Shown here one piece after another: positions 1 through 9,996 of a stretch of 64,000 nucleotides of DNA. Location of the stretch: the NCBI GenBank assembly GCA_035221665.1, contig CM069162.1, forward strand, positions 22,754,001 to 22,818,000, given 5' to 3'. The notes beneath the pieces are model-generated. The model saw only the letters and a program-made list of their open reading frames with translations, did not search any database and was not told where the DNA came from. Within the stretch, counting starts at the first letter, position 1. The number at the start of each line of letters is the position of its first letter. A program made the position numbers and the translations under genes. Source of the stretch: Okamejei kenojei (taxonomy: Eukaryota).

Positions 1-654
1 ACATTACAGATGCGTCCAGTTCTGTTAGTTGGTACTGCCTCAATAACAATCAGGAGCCCTGGTCAGCTTTTCTTTTTCCCTAACCCAAAGCTGTTAATGC
101 AGCAGCTCTGGCTAAAATCAGTGAATCAGTACCGACCAACGCTTAGTTCCTGATCTTCAATGATTTGAGCTGGGAGTGGGCATAATTTCCTTAAAATAAA
201 AAAAAATATTAAGATCAAAAGCCTTTTGTGTAGCGTATTGCTTGCCCCTGTAGAAATTTAGTGAAGGTAAGAAAGGAACAGGCAGTTTGTTGCACATTTT
301 AAAGATTTGTAGGTGGGAGGGAAACGTCTTTAATTTGGTCTGGGAGGACGATGAGTTTGAGCATGAAAACTCCAGTACTTCTCTCTGGAGAAAGCTATTC
401 CTGCTGAATGTTTATGGGATTTATTTGAGAGCACACTCGGGGAATAACTTAATTCCTATAACCGCTATTTATAAGCTGCATTAAATGGTCAAACTCACTG
501 TTAAACACTGTGCTGGTGTTTAACCAGTGATTTAGTCAGTGGAGTTTCAGTATATGCAGAATAAAATACCAATAGTTTATTATCTAAAAAATGTCAGTGA
601 CAAAGCTGCAATCCTAGCGCCAGAGTGATGAGTTAGGGGATGCGCCATAAGCAG

Positions 655-2554
655 ATAACCATATAACCATATAACAATTACAGCACGGAAACAGGCCCTC
701 TCGGCCCTTCCAGTCCGTGCCGACCATTTGTTTTCCCCTAGTCCCATCTACCTGCACTCAGACCATACCCCTCCATTCCCTTCACGTCCATATACCTATC
801 CACTTTACTCTTAAATGTTAAAATCGATCCTGCCTCCACCACTTCTGCTGGAAGCTCATTCCACACAGCCACCACCCTCTGAGTAAAGAAGTTCCCCCTC
901 ACGTTACCCCGAAACCTCTGTCCCTTAATTCTCATGTCATGCCCTCTTGTTTGAATCTTCCCTACCCTCAATGGGAAAAACGTATCCACGTCAACTCTGT
1001 CTATCCCTTTCATCATTTTAAAGACCTCAATCAAGTCCCCCCTTAACCTTCTGCGCTCCAAAGAATAAAGACCTTACTTGTTCAACCTTTCTCTGTAACA
1101 TAGTTGCTGGCACCCTGGCAACATTCTAGTAAATCTCCTCTGTACTCTCTCTATTTTGTTGATATCCTTCCTATAACTAGGCGACCAAAATTGTACACCA
1201 TACTCCAGAATTGGTCTTACCAATGCCTTGTACAATTTTAACATTACTTCCCTACTCCTATATTCAATGCTCTGATTTATAAAGGCCAGCACACCAAAGG
1301 CTTTCTTTACCACCCTATCTACATGCGATTCCACCTTCAGGGAATTATGCACAGTTATTCCTAGATCCCTCTGTTCCACAGCATTCCTCAATTCCCTACC
1401 ATTTACCATGTACGTCCTATTTTGATTTGTCCTGCCAAGATGTAGCACTTCACACTTATCAGCATTAAACTCCATCTGCCATCTTTCAGCCCACTTTTCC
1501 AAATGGCCCAAATCTCTCTGTAGACTTTGAAAATGTACTTCATTATCCACAACACCACCTATCTTAGTATCATCTGCATACTTACTTATCCAATTTTTCC
1601 ACCCCATCATCCAGATCATTGATGTACATGACAAACAACAGTGGACCCAACACAGATCCCTGAGGCACCCCACTGGTCACCGGCTTCCAACCTGACAAAC
1701 AGCCATCCACCATTACTCTCTGACATCTCCCATTCAGCCACTGTTGAATCCATCTTGCTACTCCGCCATTAACACCCAAAGATTGAACCTTCTTAACCAA
1801 CCTTCCATGGGGAACCTTGTCAAAGGCCTTACTGAAATCCATATAGACAACATCCACTGCTTTACCCTCATCAATTTCCCTAGTTACCGCTTCAAAAAAT
1901 TCAAGAAGGTTTGTCAAACATGACCTTCCAGGCACAAATCCATGTTGACTGTTCCTGATCAGACCCTGTTTATCCAGATGCTTATATATATTATCTCTAA
2001 GTATCCTTTCCATTAATTTGCCCACCACTGACGTCAAACTAATAGGTCTATAATTGCTAGGTTTATTCTTTGAACCCTTTTTAAACAATGGAACAACATG
2101 CGCAGTACGCCAATCCTCCGGCACTATTCCCGTTTCTAATGACATTTGAAATATTTCTGTCATAGCTCCTGCTATTTCTACACTAACTTCCCTCAATGTT
2201 CTAGGGAATATCCTGTCAGGACCCGGAGACTTATGCACTTTTATATTTTTCAAAAGTGTCAGTACTTCCTCCTTTTTGAATCTCATAGTTTCCATAGTTA
2301 CTCTACTTTTTCCCCTTAACTCACAGAGTTCAATTTCCTTCTCCTTGGTGAATACCGAAGAAAAGAAATTGTTCAATATCTCCCCCATCTCTTTTGGCTC
2401 TGCAGATAGCTGTCCATTCTGGTTCTCTAATGGTCCAATTTTATCCCTCGTTATCCTTTTGCTATTAATATAGCTGTAGAAACCCTTTGGGTTTACTTTC
2501 ACCTTTCTTGCCAAAGCAACCTCATATCTTGTTTTAGCCTTCCTAATTTCTTTC
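655..2554 (-). mobile_element. CR1-clade LINE (HER1-like), 5'-truncated, young copy: ORF2 reverse transcriptase, C-terminus, 3' UTR and (ATATGGTT)n tail
   Basis: ORFs 1582-2556, 1074-1673 and 738-1061 join into one RT ([45 protein letters not shown]). Only two lesions: a +1 frameshift in the T run at ~1594-1598 and a TAA at 1074-1076. Microsatellite tail ataaccatataaccatataac from 655. Confidence 0.95.
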
Positions 2555-2902
2555 ATATATATGATGAATATAGATGAATAAAAGAGATCACAAATTTATC
2601 TAGGATGCTACACTGTGCATTGCGTAATTCTGCTCAGTGCTTATTACAGAGTGCATAACCATTTAACCTAAAGTATTATTGCGGATCCTGCTTTTGAGAG
2701 GAATCATTCTCTGTAACTGGGTGTGAAGGTTAGTTCTGGGTTCAAGCTATTCTTCGGAGTCTGAACCAGTGTTGTAGTCTGGCGTTGAATGTCATTGCAC
2801 TCTTGGGTGCAATCTAGAACCTGATCAGAATCTGGAAAAGCACTTTAAACTCATGGTCTCTGACGGGCTTGCTCCTGCAGAATTTTAAAGCTTGCTAGGT
2901 CC

Positions 2903-2941
2903 AACGGATTCTCAGAACTTTTAACGGATTCTCAGAACTTT
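2903..2941. repeat. Tandem duplication of aacggattctcagaacttt (19 bp x2, 1-nt spacer)
   Basis: Exact copies at 2903-2921 and 2923-2941. Confidence 0.9.
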
Positions 2942-3457
2942 GGTCCACTGTAGTAGAACTGCTGGACAATATCAAGGACCCAGATTATGGCAGAATGGTG
3001 GGGAAGAGGTGCAAGTTTGGATGAGGAGGGCTGAGGGCAGGTTGGAATCTTGAGTTGGGTTGGGATATCAGTGGAGAAGAGAAACAGATCATGTCTGCAT
3101 TCCGTTGCTGGAAGCAGGATGGGATTTGGTTGAGGATTTTGGAATTATAATTGAATGGAGGGTTGGGGAGGAGTGTAGGTGACATCTGGGAAAGGGACTA
3201 TCAAGGCATAAGATGGGTACAAGAGAAATAATGCCCTTAGTGCTGGAAAGCAGGGAGAAGCAGCTCTGGCATGTGCTGTGGAGAATTACATCTGCATAAA
3301 CAGTCATGCCATACCTGGAAGTGCCGTCCAGGGGTTGAGTGCCATGAGGTGTTACTGTTTGTGACTGGGAGCCTCCATGTTTCAGCCTGTGAAGAAGGGA
3401 AATGGAGAGCTTTGTGATGTATAAATGTTGTGGTTGGCAATGTCATTTCCAAGCCAA

Positions 3458-3672
3458 AGATAGACACAGAGTGCTGGAGCAACTCAGTGGGTCAGACAGC
3501 ATATCTAGAGAAAAGGAACAGGTGACGTTTCGGGTCGGAACTCTTCTTAATCTGAACAGGAGTTCTGACCCTAAATGTCACCTGTTTCTTTTCTCCAGAA
3601 ATGCTGCCTGACCCACTGTGTTGCTCCAGCACTTTGTGTCTGTCTTCGGTGTAAACCTGCATCTGCAGTTCA
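3458..3672. mobile_element. Fold-back element made of two inverted Penelope terminal-repeat ends; hammerhead-like motif on each strand
   Basis: agatagacacagagtgctggagcaactcagtgggtcag...gtgacgtttcgggtc (3458-~3540) is the reverse complement of ...gaccctaaatgtcac...ctgacccactgtgttgctccagcactttgtgtctgtct. The right arm matches the 3' end of the Penelope at 15925-16037. Confidence 0.8.
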
Positions 3673-3689
3673 TTCCAATGCATTTGTGG

Positions 3690-3945
3690 GAAATGTGTAG
3701 GCCACTGTCTTTCAGATGAAATGTTGACCATGGCCCCTTTTTCTCCTTGAATAGAACTGTTCTATGTCCTGCCCAAGTCTGCATTACTGAAACCATCTCC
3801 CCATTTATCCTGGTGCAATTTAGATTAAATGGCTCTACATAAATTGGAAGCAATGTTTCACCACCTCTGCAGTTAGCAAATCTCAGCCTGTGAAACCATT
3901 TGTGATATTCCGCGGTTGTAAAAGGCACTGAATAAAATTGATACA
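3690..3945 (+). mobile_element. Ancient Deu-domain SINE remnant (SacSINE1/AmnSINE1-like)
   Basis: tgtctttcagatgaaatgttgaccatggcccc resembles the Deu-SINE block GTCTTTCGGATGAGACGTTAAACCGAGGCCCC; tgtgaaaccatttgtgatattccgcggttgtaaaaggcactgaataaa resembles the tail TGTGAAGCGCTTTGGGA...GAAAGGCGCTATATAAA (consensus recalled from memory). Confidence 0.5.
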
Positions 3946-4586
3946 TTTATTTTCTCATTTATTGAGAGATGTGTACCAGAATATGATGCCAATTGAAACA
4001 TCACAGCTAACTGCTTGTGTTGAAGAGTTCTCTTAAAGTTTTTTACTGTTTTCACAGAGGTTTTCCAGAGGGTGTGTACCGAAGGCATTGCAGTACTCAG
4101 GCAACTTTGACCTATGAGCAGTGTAGCTAAAAGAAAATTCAATATTGCTTTATTCAGTCTGTTTTAAATATTCATGATTTTACTGTCGGAAGGAGAAGTG
4201 CCGAGAAAAGCTGTTGCTAAACGGTATTCTTTCCTCAAATCTATAGAAAATAGATATTCAACCCCCCCCCCCCCCCCCCCCCCCCAACACCATAACAGTT
4301 CCACAAAAGTGACACACGATGATAATTACTTCCAGGTGGTTTCACTTCACTTGGTAATTTGTAATGGTCCACTGTAGGGAAATGCAGACCAAATTGCTCC
4401 AGAGTCCGGAGGTGGGTTTGCTTCTTTGGACACAGGTAGGACAGTCTGGTTTCAATTGCAAAGCACCAACTTTCATCCTTGGGCACACAAACCCCAACAA
4501 TTACTGTCCACTCTTCACTCCTTTTCTTTCCTGCCACCATTTGTCTCCTTTTCACCTATAGTTTTTGTCATCCACCCGTTCGCACC

Positions 4587-4764
4587 AGGGAGCAATTTAC
4601 AGAGGCCAGTAACCTGCATACCTGCAAGTCTTTGGCATGTGGGGTGAAACTTGAGCACCCGTAGGAAACCCATGTGGTCTCGGAGAGAACATGCAAACTC
4701 CACACGGACAGCAACCGAGGTCAGGTTCGAACTCACGCCTCTGATGCTGTGAGGAATCTGCTCT
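4587..4764 (-). mobile_element. HE1-type V-SINE, partial
   Basis: Reverse complement has a B-box (gttcgaacc) and the V-domain ggagtttgcatgttctc...tgggtttcc. Confidence 0.75.
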
Positions 4765-4770
4765 CCAATC

Positions 4771-4890
4771 TGTCTGAAGAAAGGTCTCAAAACATCATCT
4801 GTTCATACCCTCTCCAGGTGCTACCTGACCCGCTGAGTCCCTCCAGCACTTAGTATTTTGTTCAAGATTCCAGCGCCTGAAGTTCCTTGA
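4771..4890 (+). mobile_element. Penelope terminal-repeat fragment with degenerate hammerhead motif
   Basis: ctgaagaaaggtctc...ctgacccgctgagt...ctccagcac, same family as 3458-3672 and 50598-50694. Confidence 0.65.
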
Positions 4891-4949
4891 AGTCTCCACA
4901 ACTCTCTCGTCATCTACTTTCCCTCTACTCCTTATACGGTCTTGTGTTA

Positions 4950-5290
4950 GCAGAATGAGACGATTCAGTCCAACAAGTCTACTTTGTCATTCAATCATGG
5001 CTGATCTATCCTCACTCCTAACCCCATTCTCCTGTCATCCCCCCATAACCCCTGACATCTGTACTAATCAAGAATCTATCCATCTTTGCCTTAAAATTAT
5101 ACATTTACAGCGTCCGCAGCCTTCTATGGCAAAAAATTGCACAGATTCACCACCCTCTGGCAAAAGAAATTCCTCTTCATCTCCTTCCTAAAGGAATTCT
5201 GAGACTATGACCTCTAGTCCTAGACTCTCCTACTAGTGGAAACATCCTCTACCACATCCCCTCAATCAAAGCCTATCCACTCTATCCAAC
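4950..5290 (-). mobile_element. CR1 LINE 3' fragment
   Basis: cattcaatcatggctgatcta...cacagattcaccaccctctgg...tagtggaaacatcc; reverse complement of the CR1 ORF2 end and 3' UTR. Confidence 0.8.
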
Positions 5291-5654
5291 TGATTTTCTA
5301 ACAAAACCCAAAATTCTAACCCCCATCCCCATTCTCTGCCCATTTAAAAATTCCAAATGCTGATTCCTTCCAACCAGACGGGCCTCATGCAAGTCCCATT
5401 CTCTTCCCAGTCCCAACTCATCACAAACGCTTCATTGTTTTATTGTGCATTGCTCCCAGGCACAGGCTCGCTCCAGTGGGCACCAACGGATGGTGTATTT
5501 TCTGTGCCAAACATTTGTAACTTACATTTTGGATGATGGCCAATGACCAACACTTGTCATTGGATGTCCTTCTTAGCGCACAAGAATTTCTTGTTAAATG
5601 TCTGATAAGTGGTGGATGCATGGATCGAGTTGCCAGAGGCACGTGCAATAACAG

Positions 5655-5805
5655 TATTTAAAAGACATTTGGACAGGTACAGGGATAGGAAAGGTTTAAA
5701 GGGATACAGGCCAAACACAGATAGGTAGGTCTAGTGTGGATAGGGCACCTTGGTTGGCATGATCAAGTTGGACTGTAGGGCCTGTTTCTTTGCTCTATGT
5801 CTCTT
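5655..5805 (+). mobile_element. CR1 LINE 3' tail fragment
   Basis: tttaaaagacatttggacaggtac...gggcctgtttc. Confidence 0.75.
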
Positions 5806-7027
5806 AAGTGATTGGCATCGGGTAGATTTAGCGTTTCTTCGGGCTTAACGGGCAGATTTAGTTATAAGCCAGTGTTATACTCATTGAAAAGAAGAAGAAA
5901 AAACAATCTTTGCAAGTAGATGGAGCTTATTTTCATGCACAATTTTTAAAAATGTTTAACTTGGCTCTTCTATTCAAAGCTGTGAATTGTGCACATTTCT
6001 ATTTTTTTCTTCTGCCCCAAACAATGTGTTATTTTCCTTGTTCTTTGAGTACACTCTGACTTGTACAGATTACGGTACTTGTATTGCAGGTCCCAGGCAC
6101 TGCCTCACAATAGCAGTGGACGATAATACATAATTCATGGCATTTTGCTGCACCATAAGGCTTTTGTATTGGCGACCACAACGAATGAAAGGGTCTGGCT
6201 CCAGATGGAAACTTGGCATGATCTTCAATCGCAACCCTTCCCTCCCAATCTGTGCTGTATAGCTATGGAGTACTTTTTTTTGGAAGCAGGAGAGGAAAGC
6301 TGAAGAAACAGAATACTACATTAAAGAACTGGCATTCCTTTTGTAGGCATTCATTGGCTGTACTTAAGGGATCACACAGCAGTTAGTCTCTTCTCCCTTT
6401 AAGCAAATTGAAATGCTCAGAGGGTGGACATGTTAGACTGCAAATAATAGCAGTATTGATTTTGTCTGAGTGTCCTCAATTGCAGTTTAAAACAAATGAC
6501 TCATTAAATAGTTTGTGACAAAAGGATCATCGTCATCTTTTGGTTACTCCCTGACCCCCGCCCCCTGCTCCTTCCACCCCACTGTCTTTTATCTATCTCT
6601 CTCGCTGACTCTTTCTCATTCAAACAATCATCCAGTGTAGCCGTACAACTATAATTTTACACCATGATGTCAGAGCCAGCCAGTTTGGCTGGCTGAATGT
6701 ACTCCCTGATACCTCCTCTGTGCTCATGGGTCACAGATTGGGTTTTTCATCGTTCTGCGGTACCTTCCTGATGGCGACAAAAACATATTGGACGAGTTCA
6801 TAATTTCCCTTGGGTTCTATTTGTGACCTCTTGTGACTTCTGCTCGGTTTTCCAAATAAGTGCAGGATCCAAAAAAGCAAGGGGAACAGAGAATGCTGGG
6901 GTCACTGAGTTCTAGAATATTAACGAGACTAAGTGGGACCCGTTGGGTTCTTGTCACACAGGAAGCTTGGTCCCCCAACGCAATATTCCACCACTCCTCA
7001 CAGTCCCGAACTGCAGAGGCTCAGCTC

Positions 7028-7560
7028 ATTTCCCCTCATCCCTAGCACTCTCTCCTCCTCCTCTTCACCCTCCCTCTTCTTTCCCCTCTCCTTCCCCCCC
7101 AATCCTTCACTCACCTCTCTCTCCATCTCCTTTCCCCTACCCTCAGACACTCCCTCCATAACTCCTCTCCCCTCCCTACCCCCCTCCTATCTCTCTATCC
7201 CCCACTCCTCACCTTCCCCTATTCCCCCCCACTATCCCTCCTCACCTCCCCCAGTACCCTCTATTCCCCACTCCCTACCTCCCCCACTCCTCCCTCCTCT
7301 ACTCCCCCTCTCCTCTCCCTCTATTCTCCCTCCTCCCCCACTCTCCCTCCTCACCTCCACCCTCTTCTTTTCCCTCTCCGACCCTCCCCCAATCCCTCCC
7401 TCACCTCTCCTTTTCCCTACCCTCAGTCACTCCCTCCCTCCTTTCATAACTCCTCTCCCTTCCCTACTCCCCTCCTCTTCCTCTATCGTCTCTCCTCCCC
7501 CACACTCCCTCCTCACCTCCCCAGGATCTCGATGTTGTCCCTCCTCTCCCTCCTTGCATT
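7028..7560. repeat. Polypyrimidine (C/T) low-complexity tract
   Basis: Over 500 bp almost devoid of G; produces the spurious Pro/Ser/Leu ORFs. Confidence 0.9.
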
Positions 7561-8079
7561 CCCCGGAGGAGCATCAGCTGTTGGTGCCCTTAGAGCCAGG
7601 ACTCTGATCCGCTGCTCGTCCCGGAAGCACCAGCAGCTACGGCCATGTCGGCATGTGGGTGGGGGTGGGTGGCGAGCTCGGGGAAAACATGGGGGGAAGA
7701 GCCATTGGGGAGAGGGGGGTATCACGTGCAGAGGGGGGGGCAGGAGCCAGCGAGGGGGACCAGAGGGGAAGGGGCTGGAGATGCGGGGCGTGGCGGTGGG
7801 GGCACGTTTTGAGACTCACAGTGGGCATTGGATGCTCTCCTCTGGGCCGGGCAGCTTCCAGTCCCTCCGAAAATTGTGTCCAGTTGGGGACGTCTGCCGG
7901 CTGCCCACAGCGTCCCTCAGCTCCAGTAAAGATTCGATGGCGCAGGAAGGGGCGGATCATCCCGGTGAGTGACAGGAGAAGAGACCAATCCGTGCGGCAC
8001 TGACTAGCAGGAGAGGAGATTAATCTGCGCACGTGCGTTTTAAAAGATTCTTAAACCTCGCTGACTTTTACAATATACT

Positions 8080-8583
8080 CAGAGATGCCAAGTGTCCCAG
8101 ATTCGCCGTATTTTGTCCCGGCGAAATAACCTTTTTACGGTGTTCCGGCAGCCAAACATGCTGTTACGGAACACCGCCGCGCCGGTGTTCCTCCCGTGGT
8201 GAACGCCGGCGCCATGTGCCCCCGGTTTGCCAGCCCGGCAGCTCGCAGCCACGCCCGGCCCAGAGCCCGGGCGGCGCCGGCCCGCGCGATCAGCGGCACT
8301 TTCTTGCCGCCAGCCGGCCGCTCGCGGCAGCCCCATCACCGGGCCTCCCCCCCCCCCCACCCCCACCCAGTGCGCAGGCGCAGACCCGCCGGCAACCTTG
8401 CCAAGTGCGCATGTGCCGCACCCGCCCGCCGGCAGCCCGCTGATCTGCACCAGTGCGCAGGCGCATAGCCGCCGGCAACAACCCCAAGTGAGTATGTTAC
8501 GGAGAGAAATGCATTTAACCCCATTTGTTACGGACAAATGGGTTGAATGTTACTGTGAACTAAATTTAGGGTTGGCATCTCTG
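8080..8583. mobile_element. 504-bp non-autonomous DNA transposon (MITE) with 12-bp TIRs and 6-bp TSD, nested in the Helitron
   Basis: TIRs CAGAGATGCCAA (8080-8091) and TTGGCATCTCTG (8572-8583); TATACT on both sides (8074-8079, 8584-8589); repeated subterminal tgttacgga motifs. Superfamily uncertain. Confidence 0.85.
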
Positions 8584-9199
8584 TATACTACCGATCGAAA
8601 TGAAACTTGTTGCGCTCGCTGGACAGGAGAACAGTGAGTGAGCTGACAAAAAATAGTAGCGCTATCGCACACCGTTTGTGCGCAAATAGAAAAAACTCGC
8701 AAACCGGAAGAGCAGAAGATCAGAGTTTTAGTTATGTATAGGTAGATGGATAGATAGATAATGTTCCTTCTTCTCAGAGGCTGCTTGACTGGAAAGCCAA
8801 CAGAATCTTCTGTTTATATTTCAGATTTTCAGCATTTGTGGGTGTTTTCATTTCAATCCCGAATGTGTAACTGAGATGCAAGTGAGTAGAGCGTTCCCTG
8901 CTCAAGCTCAAGCAAGTTATGGTTGGTCTTCGTATTGGGGACCACTTTACCCTGATCCAAGCAAAGTTTGGTTCGGAGAAACGTACGGCCCTAAAATATT
9001 TCCAGCCTGCTGGGATTTCCAAAGCCCACTGACTGGCTACAGGTCAAAGCCCCTTCACATAATATGCACGGGTGGGGTCAGCTACTCATTTAGTACCCCA
9101 CGTTTGAGTTGGACCAGCATGCAGAAGCTGCCAGACTGGCCACTTTGTTGAAAGGTAGAAATAACCCGTCCCGAGCCCGCCCTGACCCGAATCATCACC

Positions 9200-9295
9200 T
9201 GCGAGTCCAAAGAAGGGTCCTGACTCGAAACTTCACCTATCCTTTATCTCCAGAGTTACTGCCTAATCCGCTGAGTTGCTACAGCATTTTATGCT
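9200..9295 (+). mobile_element. Penelope terminal-repeat fragment with degenerate hammerhead motif
   Basis: agaagggtcctgactcgaaacttcacctatcc...ccgctgagttgctacagcatttt. Confidence 0.65.
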
Positions 9296-9907
9296 GACTT
9301 TGTCTGTTTTGCAAGTGGCTTCTTGACAGTTTAGAAAAACAAAATTGCACATTGCTATGGAGTATTTGGAGAAACAATCCTTTTGAAAGACCTAATGTGC
9401 ACTGACCTATGGGAAAACCAGATGTTACGCTTGTACCTTTTTCATGGTTTCACTGCGACCCTTCTGTCTGCTGAATGTCTGGAAGAGTTTCCCCAGTAGA
9501 GATGATCCCAGCAGTGTGGTCTGTTGAAACCACTGCAATAACATCACACGGAATTCAAATTTTCATTGATTGTGGAGCTTTGAATGTAACTGTTGTGTTC
9601 TCATGCATATTAATCCATTTATATTAAACTGGATATCAACTGTTTTAAGATGTTATGTAGAAAATTATCACAGAGCAAGTGAGCTCAGTATTTGTAAGTG
9701 AAGTCTGCTGATCAATATTTCTTCCCTGTCATGCTAAATACTCCAGATAATGCATCCCTCTGGGGCTAATGCTGACTGGGAAATCTGTTATTGATCATGT
9801 TGATCAACCTTGGTAGAAATGTCAATGATAAAATGCAGTATTACAGAGTGAGTTTCATACCTACCTGTTGAATTTTATATATATATATACATTGTAAAAC
9901 AGGAAAG

Positions 9908-9996
9908 ATACAATAATATTGTTCTAATAATATTTTTATCTGCTTCTCTTTCATGTCTCATCACATTTATCTACATTGAACATTTTGCAGGTAAGT
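9908..9996 (+). promoter_or_regulatory. Candidate recursive splice site (3' acceptor abutting a consensus 5' donor)
   Basis: AG-free, pyrimidine-rich tract 9908-9988 with ttctaat branch-like motif, ending ttttgcAG|GTAAGT; same strand as the SKI exons. Confidence 0.5.

Larger units (their letters stand above)
6924..8758 (-). mobile_element. Non-autonomous Helitron (~1.8 kb) with CT-rich tract, GC-rich core and nested MITE
   Basis: On the minus strand it starts A|TCTATCTATC... at 8758 and ends with the hairpin gaacccaacgggtcc, then cacttagt and CTCG|T (degenerate CTAG) at 6924. It sits between A and T with no TSD, the canonical Helitron arrangement. Confidence 0.7.

Noticed and set aside
495-530. 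14-bp bulged hairpin tcactgttaaacac/gtgtttaaccagtga
   Set aside because: Short and AT-rich; could occur by chance in 64 kb.
2985-3330. Possible very old Penelope or other LINE fragment on the minus strand
   Set aside because: Purine-skewed sequence without a recoverable motif.
4262-4285. Long poly-C runs (also 17751, 32355, 59654)
   Set aside because: Simple homopolymers of uncertain assembled length; no further structure.
6933-8637. Cluster of long GC-rich or Pro-rich ORFs (224, 146, 152 and 136 aa)
   Set aside because: They arise from low-complexity and GC-rich transposon sequence, overlap on both strands, and show no domain or splice structure.
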